From contig BDGG01000010.1 in the NCBI GenBank assembly GCA_001949185.1, positions 349,337 to 413,336 of the forward strand: 64,000 nucleotides of DNA, written 5' to 3'. The notes under the pieces are model-generated. The model did not search any database. It worked only from the letters and a program-made list of their open reading frames with translations, and was not told the origin of the DNA. Positions 12,902-26,100 of this stretch are shown piece after piece; position 1 is the first letter of the stretch, and each line of letters opens with the position of its first letter. The stretch is from Ramazzottius varieornatus (lineage: Eukaryota; Animalia; Tardigrada). Both the position numbers and the translations under genes were made by a program.

Positions 12902-13840
12902 ATTCTGGAAGCTGTGATTGCCGGAAGACTTCGTACACTTCTGGAGGGACAATCCCTTCTGTCGGACCGGACTATCCGAGGTCCTGATGACGAGGTGGCC
13001 TTCCAGCAAGATCTACAAAGAGTCCACCAATAGTCCTCCAAAGCCAAGCTAACGTTCAGTGCGTCGAAGTCGGTGTTTGTTCGCGCATTCCAACAGAGAA
13101 AGACACCGGAAGCCCTAGATCACTTTCTCGGAACAGCCATCATCCCGAGGAAAAACACCGTCAAGTACTTGGGCGTCTTCCTCGACCACATTGCCAACCT
13201 GATCATGAAAGCGAAGAAATGAATCCGCTACATCTGGTTCCTCTTCAGCAAGAAATGTCAGCGAGCCCGAATCACCCTCTTCAAAAGCCTCGTCCTTCCA
13301 CTGCTCGACTATTGATCGACTATGTATACACTGCTCGACTTCCACTGCTCGACTATGTATACAATCCTCGCCTCAAAGGCCTCGTCAACGCCCTCGAAGA
13401 CTGTCAGCGACTCTTCCTTCGTTCGATTAACCTCGCACCTGCTTCGGAGGACACCTCGACTGAACGTAACTGTCATCGCCTTCGACAGGTGGGTTTAGAG
13501 CCTTTGGTTCTGAAAAGAATTAAAGCCTCCCTTATCTTGGCTTACAAGATGGTGCCTGACCTTGTTCCGGTAAGCTCTCCTTTTTTCATCCTCATTTTGC
13601 AGCTATTGCCTTTCCCTCCGTTGCAGGTGGCACACGAGCAGCTACAACGCTCCGAGCTCACCCGTTCCCGCTTCAACTGGCTGGACCTCAGGACGATGGA
13701 TGGGCCGCCGGAAGCTCGGACAAGTCATTCGCCTTCCTCATCTCCCAAATCTGGAACAATTTCCCGCTCTATGCCGCTGCCTATGAAACCCTTTCAAGCT
13801 TTTCTTTAGCTATAGAAAATGTTCGGTTATCGAAAATAAA
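12898..13840 (+). mobile_element. Internally deleted 3' LINE fragment, same family as 7630-8180
   Basis: Shares KILEAVIAGRLRTLLEGQSLLSD at near nucleotide identity with the 7.7-kb copy, then FQQDLQRVHQ and VKYLGVFLD and an RT C-terminal region. Contains stops, frameshifts and an AATAAA near the end. Confidence 0.85.
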
Positions 13841-14179
13841 GTTTGTGAGAACTTTACTGGGTAATTGCAGTTCTTTTATTTCCGCTGACGGGCTCCGTTA
13901 CAGTGGAGAACCCGATCAGTGAAGGCCTTTCCCCTCGATTCGCTGTCAAAGATTTGGCAAGTAGATTTCAAACTTCTGCACCACACTGAGGTTTCCTTGT
14001 CGCCATTTTCCGTCTGAATTTTCATGTGTTAACCGCTGGACTCTTTTGATCGGGTCGCGAACGGTAGCAGACGCTTTGTCTGGTTGTTCCTCGACGTTAA
14101 ACCCAATAAACTCAAAAAACCGCAAAGACATCTTTGGACATATCCCCACTCTTCAACGCGTTGAATGTCGCAGGTAAGC

Positions 14180-14746
14180 CGGACTTCAGTTTACGCTCGA
14201 AGATGTATCAGCGTCTTCCGAGTCGTCGGAGTCAAAGAAGAACGAATTTATCCTAGAACTAAAAGGATCGACTGTCTTCTTGCCGGATATCCGACTCAAG
14301 AACGAAACGACCAAAGAAGTAATTTTCAGGACCGCAGAATATAATGTCTTCTACGCACACTGGAAGAACGCAGTTTGGCCTTATCCACAGGAACAAGTGG
14401 AATGGATTGCGAACTGCGTAACGGAGCTGTACCACCTGGCGCCTGAAACGTTTGAAAAGATCCATTTGCAGCTCGCCCTCGGGTAAAGACGAATATTGTT
14501 CTGGTTTTACGTTCCTGATGAGGTATTCATGATCCTTACAGGGACAGGCTTCCGGTCGTGGATGAGGATACCGACAACTTTCGAAGCAACGATCTGGTTC
14601 TGTCGGGAGGAATAGTATCATGCGATCTGATGAAGTTTTACGTCGTCGATGTCCAAACACTGCTGGTTGTCGCCGCGATCTTACTGAAGTATTCACAGCA
14701 GAGTCCCGACAGTCTTCCTCTCACCCCCCATCCCTTCCGTGACTGA
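14180..14746 (+). other. Possible coding exons or pseudogene fragment of unknown family
   Basis: Protein-like frames (LPDIRLKNETTKEVIFRTAEYNVFYAHWK...; DLVLSGGIVSCDLMKFYVVDV) separated by an intron-like GTAAAG...TTACAG of ~58 nt. No family recognised. Confidence 0.3.
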
Positions 14747-15107
14747 CCAGACATTCCTAACTTTGTTCGGTCGTTTTTGGGTAATGGGCAATGTTTCTAT
14801 TAAGACATTGGTAGAGGACTTCTACTTCCTACCTACAGTTCGGTTCCGTTTCCTCACGTGGAGGGTTTTTTGCTGTAAGCTTCTCAAATTTCTCAATGCG
14901 GGCTGATTTACATTCACTAAGTCAACAGCATGGCAAAGGAGGTTAAAATGCAACAGCTACAATGAACGACGATATTCACCCACAGGTATAAACTCTTCGA
15001 GAAATCATCACAGTTTCCCAATAAACACGTTTACTCACACAAGTTAGATTCGATAAAACATGAAAGCGATGAAGTTAGGTAGAAATAAACGAGCAGTCTA
15101 CGATCCT

Positions 15108-18100
15108 TTAGTCCGTCTTAGCCAGAACCAGCGCCACTCGACAAGGTATGTAGACGCAGATGTGGTTGCGGCGTCCGGCGTACCCTTCGGGGAAGGTGAA
15201 GAACTCGGACTTCATGTCCACACGCTGGTGCCCACCGAACTCTTCTGAGTCGCTACTGAGGACCACCATGTACTTGCCTGGAACTTCCACACCCACTTTG
15301 TAGTCGGCAAAACTTTGGTGAGTGTGAAAGTTGAAGACGAAGACTAGACCGGCTCGCTCGTAAGCGATAACTTTGTCACCTTCGTGCTTCCAACTGACCC
15401 ACGCCTGAAATCATTCCGAAGAGAACTGTGTAAAAATGCCTCAATGAAATAACAATCTATTAAACTGATATGGAAGAGAACTGAGCTATCAAAGTCCTTG
15501 TTAAGCTAAAATGGAAGTCGGCGAACGAATTACCCAATTCGTTCGTCCAAGTAGCGCATTCTGCTAACCAGTAACACCGAAGACGTACGCCACTTTGATA
15601 CCATCAAACTCGGCAAGATCCGAATGGCGCACGCCTCCAGCCAAAAATACTGAGAAAGTGCGCCAATCGGGCAAACAACCTGGTCGAGTTTGTCTGCCGT
15701 GCTTTCAAATAAAACCGGACAGAAACGAGCCTGAAAGTTCTTACCGGATTACTGGACAGCCAGTGGTGCTTGTCTTCCAAAAGATTCATGGCCCGGTCGA
15801 ACCTGCTCAGAAACTTGTATCTGAGCAGCTCATCATCCATCAAGTTAAACTGACGTCTCGCGTAGTGGTAAGACTGGTTGTTTCCCACACGAGGGAAGTC
15901 CAGCCATTCTGGATGCCCGAACTCATTACCTGAAAAAGAGACCAGTTTCACCGAAGTTGAACAGGAAGTGAGAGGGTTCCGTACCAATAAAGTTGAGCCA
16001 GCCTTCGCCACCCAGAGAGTGTGTCAGGAGTCGGATCATCTTGTGAAGAGCCAAACCGCGGTCGATGACGGCAGTCAGTTCCGTGAGAACGGACATGTTG
16101 GTATACATTTCCTTGTCCATCAGCCAGAAGGCAAGCGTTTTGTCTCCGACCAACGCTTGATCGTGGGACTCGGCGTAAGCGATGGTCTTCTCCCCGTAGC
16201 GTCGGTTGGTCAGGGTGTGAACCAAGTTGCCCACGCTCCATTCTTCATCCCTCAACTCTTTCAGACACTAAACCAAGACGAAAAAATTCCCCATCAAGTT
16301 ACAGAGCGCAAAATTTTATTTCATAACTAGGAAACAACGAATCCATTTAGGACGCCGGCAAATGTCCTAAGTTGATATTTGCCGGTTTTCGTCTCAAGTG
16401 GTACACTTTTTCATTGTTACTATCTGACGGCGGGCGCCACTTGGGAAAGCGATCTCGTACGCTCATCTGCAATATTTTCGAAATTCTTACCTCGATCCAC
16501 TTGTCCGGGATGGCCATTCCAAGACGGTAGTCGAAGCCTTGTCCGCCTTCAGAGACTGGCCGACACAGTGCCGGCATCCCGGAGACGTCCTGGAAGGAGG
16601 AAGTAGCGTTAGGATCAGGCTATGCTCAAGATAGCGCAAATGCTCGAGTGTTCCCAGGTAAGTTACCTCGGCTATGGTTATCATGTTATCCGGGTACAGC
16701 GTATGCAGCATATGATTCGCCAGCATCAGGTACACTAAGGAGTCAGTATCGGCATTCAGGCCGAAATACTCGTTGTAGTCACCGGAGAACCCATGACCAA
16801 TACCGTGACTGTGGTAGATCATGGAGGTGACTCCGTCGAAACGGTATCCGTCCACTTGATATTCTTCCACGAACCAACGTAGATCCGACAGTAGAAACCG
16901 CATGACTTCCCACCTACAAAGACGCAAATTACAACCGGAAGCTGAGAAAACAAAACAAGCACCATCTCAACCACTTCCATACAACGACACAGAACGTTGA
17001 CATGAGTTACAGGTACGCAGGTGCGTGAGGTGGGTCTACGTTATGTACTTTGCGTAGTCGAACAACCGCGAATCCCACAGGTCGTGGTTGCCTTTGCCGC
17101 CATCATGGAAGAAGCAAGAGTTACTTCCATCGAACTGATTTATACCATCCAGGACGTTCTTCGAGGCGTGGCTGTGGACCACGTCCAGCAGAACCGACAG
17201 ACCCAACGAGTGGGCTGTATCGACAAGACGCTTGAACTGCTCAGGAGTGCCATATCGGCTGGAGACGGCAAAGAAGTTGGTGACTTGGTAGCCGAAACTG
17301 GCGTAGTAGACGTGCTCCATGATGGCCATCAATTGCACCGCATTGTAACCTGCAGAAAGCCGAAACAGAATATCAAGTATTAACACATGAAAACGTCCTT
17401 TCTAAAATAAAATTTCAGGAGACATTTCCACGCTGGGCAATCTCCAATATCCCAAGAACCAAAGTTTTACAATAGGCCTCTGAGACTTATAAAACCCACC
17501 TTGACGGTGGATACGGGGTAATACATTGTCGGTAAAATAGTCGTAAGTGGCCACACGTCCTTCCGGTGACGATATGCCGACGTGCGCTTCGTAGATGCGA
17601 AGGCTGGCTGGCTTCTTCGGACGACTGTGCTTGAACTTGTATCTCTAAAATAGCATGGATGACCCAGTAAACTTACAGAACAAATGCTGATACGCGTGCA
17701 AGAAGGGAAACAGTGATTTTACCTCGTTTGCTGGTGGGTTCCAGAAGACGCCATCGTACGTCACGTTCCTCTCGTCTTTCGGCTGGGTGGCATATCTAAT
17801 CCATGGACTTATTCTCTCCACGAACTCGCCAGACTTTGTGATGATGCCCAACTGCAAGTCAAAGTTGAAAATCAAGTCTGCAAATTTCTACCGAATTTCG
17901 CGATCTTATAAGTAATCAACTTCGTGTCTTAGTGGAATCAACGCATGACGTCAATATGTACGCAGTGATGAGAAACAGCTAACCGGGTGAAAAAATTCAC
18001 AGTCAAGAGACGTCATGGCGATTATCGAAAACCATGGTGGAATTTTTTCTACCTTGATGAAAGTGCCATGTGGGACGGCGCACTTTCCATCGCCATTCGA

Positions 18101-18469
18101 AGGAATAACTAGGTCCCACTTGCCGTACTTGCCCTCCTTGAAAGGGTACTCTGTCTTCTTCCAGTTATTGAAGTCACCGAAGAGGAAGACACCCTGCGCG
18201 GCTGGCGCCCATTCTCGACAGTGGATGGTGCCGTCCGGCATGGCATGGATGCCGAACTGCTCGTAGCTTTTTGTGAACTGATCCAGGCCTCTCTCATACT
18301 GCTCGATGTCCCGAAGGATAGAGCTGAAGCAGCCATATCGACGGTTGATCTCTCGCTCGTGAAGGTGCAGATAACCATCCAACTTGAACAACTGCTGAAT
18401 TTCCGGTGCACCGTGCTGCATGGACTCGTTATGCCCTTTCCCTTCCTGCTCGCTCTCGCCGTTATCCAT
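15108..18469 (-). CDS. GBE1: 1,4-alpha-glucan (glycogen) branching enzyme, multi-exon
   Basis: [83 protein letters not shown] and [14 protein letters not shown]. Confidence 0.97.
15519..15699. repeat. Intronic double-hairpin cassette (GTGGCGCAC-N25-GTGCGCCAC family, two units)
   Basis: Units start at 15551 and 15624. Outer inverted ends CGGCGAACGAA...TTTGTCTGCCG. Lies in a GBE1 intron. Confidence 0.8.
16398..16440. repeat. Single N25 hairpin unit in a GBE1 intron
   Basis: AAGTGGTACAC, a 25-nt spacer, then GGGCGCCACTT. Confidence 0.7.
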
Positions 18470-18770
18470 TCTTGCTTCGCGGAGCTTGCGACTTGAAGCG
18501 TAAGCAGTACAAGCTGTCAAAAACAAGGAACAATGACTGCCGGAAGAGGCGAGAATATGTTTCGTGCGGAAGAACGGAAGGGAATATGAACAGCTGATGC
18601 CTGATGATCGTAAGTCGTAACTTGGCTTCAACGGATGGACCGATCGACTCAGATTTGTTCCCAGTTCAGTCTGATCCGAGCCGACCTGCGCTGCTTTCCC
18701 CCTCGCGGATTGGTCGGGTTACACCGAACAGCCTCCTTTCCCGATGCGGTGTAACAAAACGAAGAACCTA

Positions 18771-19611
18771 AGGTTGTAAATTCCAGGCCGAATACCCTTG
18801 GAATGGAAAATAGGAAAGAAATTCCTAATATTCCTATATTCCTATTTCCTTCTTCCTAACGGCTACCCCCCGCAACGGANNNNNNNNNNNNNNNNNNNNN
18901 NNNNNNNNNNNNNNNNNNNNNNNNNNNNNGTTCCGTTGCGGNAGGGTAGCCGTTTGGAACGGTGGAATTCCTATTTGGAAAACTAGCAAAAATCGGAGGA
19001 AATTTAGGAATTCCACGAGGTAAACAGTCGAAGATCCAGCAGATCGTGTCGAAAAACTGAACCCGATGCTGGCTCACACATGCGTACCACTGAGGCTAAT
19101 TGGTCGTTCAGTTGAACGACCAGTAGCATTTTCGATCCCTCGCACTAAAGTACGCGGCACATTCACCTGTGCGTAAGTCCTTGATTTTCCCTTGGACTTT
19201 CAGGTCCGACAAAACCGAACGTTCGGATCGGCCAGTCTCTGGCTGATTTTCAGTCTCAAAACCAATATTTGTTGATGACTTCAGATCATGTTCATTGCTT
19301 TAGATGGGTATTGTAAATATTCGCTGCGTCCGCGGAGTACGTCATCGTACAAGTGAAGTACAGCCCCGGTCCGGTTTCGCGGATTGCACAACCCTCTACG
19401 GGGGTGCATCGTCACGTAAGTGTACGTACTACGCGGACGCGGCAAGTATTTACAGTATGTGAAAACAACTAAACTGGAAAATGGGATTTTGGAATTCCAG
19501 ATTTTTGCGAGGACCTTCTGGAGAAGGAAGAAGGAAATAGGAACATAGAAATATTAGGAATTTCTTTTCTATTTTCTATTCCAAGGGTATTCGGCCTGGA
19601 ATTTATAACCT
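18771..19611. mobile_element. Non-autonomous TIR element (contains a gap and a nested hairpin element at 19312-19454)
   Basis: ~85-bp TIRs AGGTTGTAAATTCCAGGCCGAATACCCTTGGAAT... with TA on both flanks. Confidence 0.85.
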
Positions 19612-19671
19612 TAGATACATACTTTTTTATTACATAAGTAATTATACCGTCGTGCACCGTCTCGTGTACGA

Positions 19672-20042
19672 TTGCGATCAGAAACGTGCGGACATAGTGA
19701 ATCAATCAATCAAAACGGAGGCGGAGTTCGGGGCGGGATCGCAATCAAGAGATTTGATGGACTTTATTGGGAAGCACTCCCTGAAATATAAATAACCACA
19801 TCACTCTCTCGGTTGCCTCGACTCATCGCAAACTCTATTAAAGAACACAATGACAGATGAAGCTACAGAAATCACAGAAGAGATCACAAAAAGGCTCTCG
19901 GTATCAGGACGGGACACCTGTTACGCCTGAAACAGCTGACTGAACTGGAAACGTTGATCAAGGCTTTTGATTGGTGTGACGTCACGTCAAACAGTTAGTT
20001 TTGATTGATTGATTTGCTATGTCCTCACGTTCCTGATCGCAA
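19672..20042. mobile_element. MITE
   Basis: ~45-bp imperfect TIRs TTGCGATCAGAAACGTGCGGACATAGTGAATCAATCAATCAAAAC and its reverse complement. Confidence 0.75.
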
Positions 20043-20905
20043 CGGCACAGTCCAACAGCATGCCAGCATTCAAACCAAAGACCAAAGCAGAGTGATACAC
20101 GTGCAGAATGTACTAAAATTCTGATGGAAAATCACGAGGAGAGTTGGATGACGTAGGATTTCTCCACTGGGATTGGATAATGTAACACCGCCCAAATAGA
20201 GGTAGAGGTGACGTCTAGGTCACCTGCTGTAGTCGCGTATGTTGCACACGTGACTTGTGACGTCGTACGCAGCATCGGTGGGTAACAGCACTTGCATGTG
20301 TGAAAATGACAAGATTGAAAAGGAAACCTGTCCGAATAGATGTCTGATTGGTTTGGTGGAAGTATGCCATATCAGACAGTGTGTGTAGGATCGTGGTCTT
20401 AAGTGGTATTCGAGTACAGTTTGTAACACGCAATTAACCTTACTACTGTATTAATTATTCTACCGGCTTGCAGTGGCCGCACATGTTTTTTCCTTTGAGC
20501 AAAAAGATAGCCCTCGAAATCTAACATTTAAACGGAACAACGGATCCGGCAGAAAGTTGCTTGACAAAGTGGGAAGAAAAGTCAAAGCTGCGTCAGTTCA
20601 CTGAAAGCAATGCTGAACACTAGCCAGAACAAACGTGCTGCTTTTTCCACTGGTAAAAGAACCCCATAGCCTGCCAAACCCAACTCTCCGCGTGATTGTG
20701 CCATGCTATCCAATGCTATAAAGCCTGGCATGGCAAACAGCTTCGGCACGTGTATCACTCTGACCAAAGGAAGTTCATTTAATTTTCATTCCATGATTTT
20801 AAGTTTTAACTTTTCTATCTGTCGATGATTGGGCTGTAGACTCTAGACCGAACTTTCGCTGAGGTTCTGTCGGTTGAACATTCCTGCCTGAAGATTAGCG
20901 GAATT

Positions 20906-23900
20906 ATGTTCTCCAAGTTGAAGAAGTTAGTGGGCAAGGCGGAGGAAGACCATGGAGATGGAATTGGTGGAGGAATGGTGTCTTCGATGCAGCCCCACTT
21001 GCAGCGTAAATTTGCTCGCGGAATTCACTACAATATGGTATGTTGGACCAAGAGAACCACATTTTATTGTGCGCTTTGTTCGTGTCGAGCACGTGCGTTG
21101 TAGAAAATTGTTATCCGCGGAGACAAAAATGTTGGGAAGACCAGTCTACTGCAGCGTCTGCAAGGACTGAATTTCAAGGACGACTACGTTCCTTCGGAGG
21201 AAATCCAAGTAGCCAACATCCAGTGGAACTTCAAGACGACCGACGAAGTGGTAAAGGTGGAAATATGGGATGTGGTGGACAAGAGTACCAAGAAGAAGAC
21301 CATTTCCGGTCTGAAAGTCAGCAACAGCGTCGCACAGCAGGAGCCAGCTGGCCCTGGAGAAACGGAGCAGCTGGGACTGGACGCTGAAACCTTGGACGTC
21401 TACAAAGGAGCCCACGGTAAACTCATTTCATGTCTCTTGGTTACAGGTTGGTTGGTATTTTCTGTGGGAGAAGCTGGAAGCTCCGCGAATCATTCCGGAC
21501 GGAAGACAGCAGAATCTTGCTTGGGGCGCGTATGACGTAGAGCGTTGAGGCACCACAAGGCTTGATTTTGAGCCTTTTGGTGGCGAAATGCGTTGACTTG
21601 CTTGGCGTGTCTGTAATTATGTGCACCCAACGGCTTGTCAAATTGGTGCCGTGTACGGCGCGGTAGAGCAGTACACGAATCTAACACAAATAAATTTTAT
21701 TGGCCGACTCACAATTACTGGCCACCCGCTTTTTGAGTCAACTAGAAGGCCGACTGTTTCGATTTCTCCTATTGGACACTACAGATTCATAAGCTATGTG
21801 AATAGAAAAATCGAGTCAATCGAGCCACTATCTCTCACTGATCGCCCAAATACACGGGTGGCCAGTAATTGGGAACCGGCCAATAATTAGTCCAAGCACA
21901 TGTACTGTACAAAACTTTTAGCTTATGCCTTTTGGGCATTTTTCGTAGGCGTAATCATGATGATGGACCTGACCAAAGCTTGGACCTTCGAATATGTCAA
22001 GCGTGGGATGGAACGCGTCTCTCCGCACCTTCCCGTCCTCATCTTAGTCAACCACCGCGACATGGGCCACCACCAAGGTGGCTCCTTCGTCACTGTCGAG
22101 CAAGTCAAGGGCTTCGTCACCCACCTCCATCGGCCACAGAACGCCGCCGCCGTCCTCGTAGCCGAGTCCTCCATGCGCAACGGCTTCGGCCTCAAGTACA
22201 TTTACAGGTTCTTCAACCTACCATTCCTCCAGCTCCAACGCGAGGTCCTCGAGATGCAGCTCCAGCAGAACAAGACGGACATGGACACTACACTGGATGA
22301 ACTGGAGGTGTTGCTCGAATCTCCTGAGCAGAACTACGAGTCTTTCATCGAACTGTTAGGCGATGTTCGACGAAGAGAAGCGGATAAACTGGCCCCACCG
22401 AAAAACGTCCACGGTATACCTCATGTTAGACAGTCTTCTTTTAACGCTTCTCCTTCGGTTACAGCTTCTTCGAGCGGTGTCATGGCTCCACCAGCTCATC
22501 CACATCAGAGTCCCAATCCACTCCTAAACAAAACACAGACACCTAAAAATAATACAGAAATAAAAAGCAAAACTCCGCCACCATCCACAACACCAGAGAA
22601 GACTCCAGAGAAAAAGAAACCAGGTTTCTTTTCGTTTACTTCGAAGAACACAACCAATGAAAATAGTAATCCCGCTGCGAAAGGGTTCCCTGTGATGAGT
22701 GGCTCGAGTCGGGCCGAGAAAAGTCCGGTGAAAGACATCAATGATTTCGTGCCGGATGATGATGTAACCGGGGACTTCCTGGATGACACTGTACACCGTG
22801 GTTCGACTCCTGGGAATCATGGTGAGACGGCGAGAGGGAAGACGGACAGTGATGATGATGAGGGAGACGGGAACCCGATGGTGGCGGGCTTCGATGACGA
22901 GGTGGAACTCGACCACTTCGAGCCTGTCTACACGGAAGTGAACGCCTCATCGGCGATAGCGTCTCCTCGAATCACCTCTCCATCGGTAAGAGGTTTTTTC
23001 TTTCGAGAAAAAAATTAGCTGAATGTGTTGAAGCTTAAGTCATTTTCTCACGTAAATTTGATCCTCTCTGTCCAATTGGGGTAAGTAACTTCGAGTATGG
23101 CAGTTCAAGCCCAGAATACGTTCTTTTGCACGAGTTTTCCTACCTGGCAATTGTGTTTTTCCAGCTTCCCTTTCCAGTTTCTGATTCTGAAACACCGAAA
23201 GTCGCGGACTTTGAGGAAGAACCAGCCAGCCAACCCCTCAAACAACTTCCCATGAAGACATTTTCAGCTGCACTCGATCAATCCGTCGGTGACGCTGCGT
23301 CTCCTCACGCGACACAGCTTTTAGTCAAGTCAATCGAAAAGAGCGTTGGACGAAATCCTCTCGTCGAGGAACCGCAAATGGTCCGGGAAAGTTCCGTCGA
23401 AATACCAGACGAGGACCCCATCGAAGCGGAAGTGGTGACGGAAGTGCTTCCCGAAGACATTTCCGTCTTGAGTATCATTAAACCTGATGAGTTCTCCAGC
23501 TGGCTAAAGTCAGTTGAAAAGAAAGAAGTGGCTAATGCTGCAACTTCTCGAAAGCACAGTGCTGGTTTGATAACTGCCACTTCGCTTGATGATTCGCGTA
23601 TTGATAGTACGTCGTTGCATTCTCCCGAAGTGGAGAAGTTACCGGATGTCAAGGAAAAGACCAAATCTAGCAAGGGTGACAAGACGAAGAAGAAGTCTTC
23701 TACGAAAAAAGAATGCCATAGCAGCGAGAAAAAGACCAGGAAGAAAAAGAAAGAGAAGGAAGAGGATGACGCTGTCAGCGAGGAACCCAGGGAAGCCCCA
23801 GTGACGATGAGAAAGCCAGCACAACAGTACGCAACGACGAAGCGCCTGTCCGACGCCGATTTACATGAAACTTTGGAGAGAGAATTAGAGGATTTTCTGG

Positions 23901-23917
23901 CTAGTGATGCCGAATAA
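20906..23917 (+). CDS. RABL6: Rab-like protein 6 (GTPase domain with acidic and Lys-rich tail), multi-exon
   Basis: [75 protein letters not shown] and GNPMVAGF. Confidence 0.93.
21697..21886. mobile_element. Fold-back MITE in a RABL6 intron
   Basis: TTATTGGCCGACTCACAATTACTGGCCACCCG ... CGGGTGGCCAGTAATTGGGAACCGGCCAATAA. Confidence 0.75.
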
Positions 23918-24249
23918 GTGAAACCCTGTAATTGGCACTTCCCGTGACATCGTTTTATATAGATTTACTTCATTCCCATCTTCAAACATGCATCGACTCT
24001 GGTTCTATTTCCATTTGTATAATTCGAGTGTTCATCGTCTTTCGTTGCGGTTATGTTACTGCTTGAAGCACAAAGGATATAAAACGGGAAAACCAGAAAG
24101 TCGAAAGGACCATCGACTAATTAAATTACAATCAGTGCAGTAGAACCTAAAGCATCAAACGTGGCAAAAATATTCGGTATACAGAAATAACCTAGAATAA
24201 AACCACGAATACCGTATTTCGCAAAAGCCACCGTCTAGCGAACCTTCGG

Positions 24250-26100
24250 AAGACCTTTGGCAGTTCCAGTGTAGGATGTATAGGGAGACACCTCGATCTC
24301 CAGTCCGCGAAGAACCTCCTGTCGAAGGAAGCGCACGTCACTTCCATCTCGTGCAAGAGTGAAGACCATGCCACATCACTTCCGCATCGGTTTGCTCGAT
24401 GACAGTAGAGGTCCTGAGACTTCAGCGGATCTCCTTCGCCAACACTGGTATATCCTGTTGGGCAGTCGAAGTTGATGACCAAGCTGACGTGCGGAATCTC
24501 CAAACCTATTCGTGCAAGAATTATGCACTTGGCCACAGTGTTCGGGACCCTGATATGGAGACCGTGCGAGTTACTCTAATAGTAAAGTACCTCGAGCGCA
24601 TAAGTCGGTGGTGACCATAATCTTTTTCTTGTTCTCTTTGGCCAGACCGATGCAGTAAAAACGGACATTTTGAAGTAACCCGCCCTGCATTGGCACAACG
24701 TCGAACTGCTGCCCTTCCAGGTAATGGACCAATATGGCGCAGCGGTCTCGAGTATCCACAAAAATCAAACTGCAGGAATAGATAGTACGAGTAGGTTCTT
24801 GAACACATACTGTAGAAGCTGAAGACGTTCGAGTACTGTATACAGTAAGGGTTACGTCACATGAATCAAGACCTACATCTGAAGCTGAGGTTCTTGACTA
24901 AGAACCAGTCGCAGGAGAGCGTCAAGATAGTTAAGTTTATATTGCTCATGCACCTGGCAGAACCGATGTGAGCTCGTAACATTCCCACGAACCGCCCTTG
25001 TCGACGGTCCGCTCCAGATAAATGGCTATGTATAAAACAGAAAATTCTTCGCATCATACTTTTCTGTCAAAATTTGAGAATAACTTAGACAATAGGGAAA
25101 TAGCTGCCATACTTGTCGAAGATAGCGAAAGCAGATATCTTTCGTACGGCCAGAAAATGTCGACCCGAACAACATGGTCTGCTTATCTTGCAGAGTACTC
25201 GCGAAGCAGACATGTGCGTCGCGACGCATATCTTCCTGCCCGAGGATGTGGTCTGCTTCGTCAAAGATGAAGTGCTTGACGTGTTGGACATGGGGGTATA
25301 CTTCCCTTGGATGAGCTTACGCAGACGTCCAGGAGTGGCCACGACGATGTGAACACGCTGCTTGGAGCTCATCACTCTTTGAAGGTCTTCACGAGCTTTG
25401 CCCATGCCCCGATGAACAGACGCACGTTGAGGCCTGACATGTACTTCCCGTAGAGAAGATATGTTTGATAAATTTGCTCTATCAAAAGAAGCAGAAACCA
25501 AATTACAGAGGTTCTCACGGTAAAGGAAGACCTTCGTATTCGGGAAGCCGGCAAACGAAACTTACAAGGTTGTTATCTGCAGTGGCGCACGCTCTCGGCC
25601 AACAGCAATTAAAATGTGCGCCACTTGAGACAGCAGTATTTTACGTTTCGTTTGCCGGTCTTCCACTTGTCTTCATTTCCAAGTTGTAACGGTAAATTTA
25701 GATGAGTTTGTCTGGAATCAGTGCCTATGTACTTGAATAGGCGCTGCTGAAGTAATCCTTACCGGCGAGTTCTCTGGTGGGAGCCAACACGAGGACGCTC
25801 GGTTAACGGTAACTGGCCTCTCTCGGCTCCAGGCTTAGCATTTGCAAGGTAGCCAGGACGAAAATGGCCGTCTTGCCGGATTTAGCGGGTAGCATGCCGA
25901 AAATGTCGTGTCGTTTAAGGCAGTGACGAAGAAGAACGCCCTGGACACCGTCAAGTTGTTGGATGCCAGCATCGGCCAGGCCATTTTGCAGCTGCGTCTT
26001 GATAAGAAGCTCACCATAATTCTCTGGATGCCGCGCCAAGAGGGAGACGTCTTCGTTGAAGTCCGGTGCTTGGTGGTGAGCGAGGTGTCACGGAGGACTC
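24250..26100 (-). pseudogene. Divergent, disrupted DEAD-box helicase (DDX39/UAP56-like), with introns retained
   Basis: AKSGKTAIFVLATLQ, VLVLAPTRELA, HIVVATPGRL, HFIFDEADH, IMVTTDLCARG, VINFDCP and YCHRANRCG. There is an in-frame stop at 25803 and frameshifts between motifs. Confidence 0.8.
25548..25658. repeat. Single-unit N25 hairpin cassette in a helicase intron
   Basis: CCGGCAAACGAAAC...GTGGCGCAC-N25-GTGCGCCAC...GTTTCGTTTGCCGG. Confidence 0.8.
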
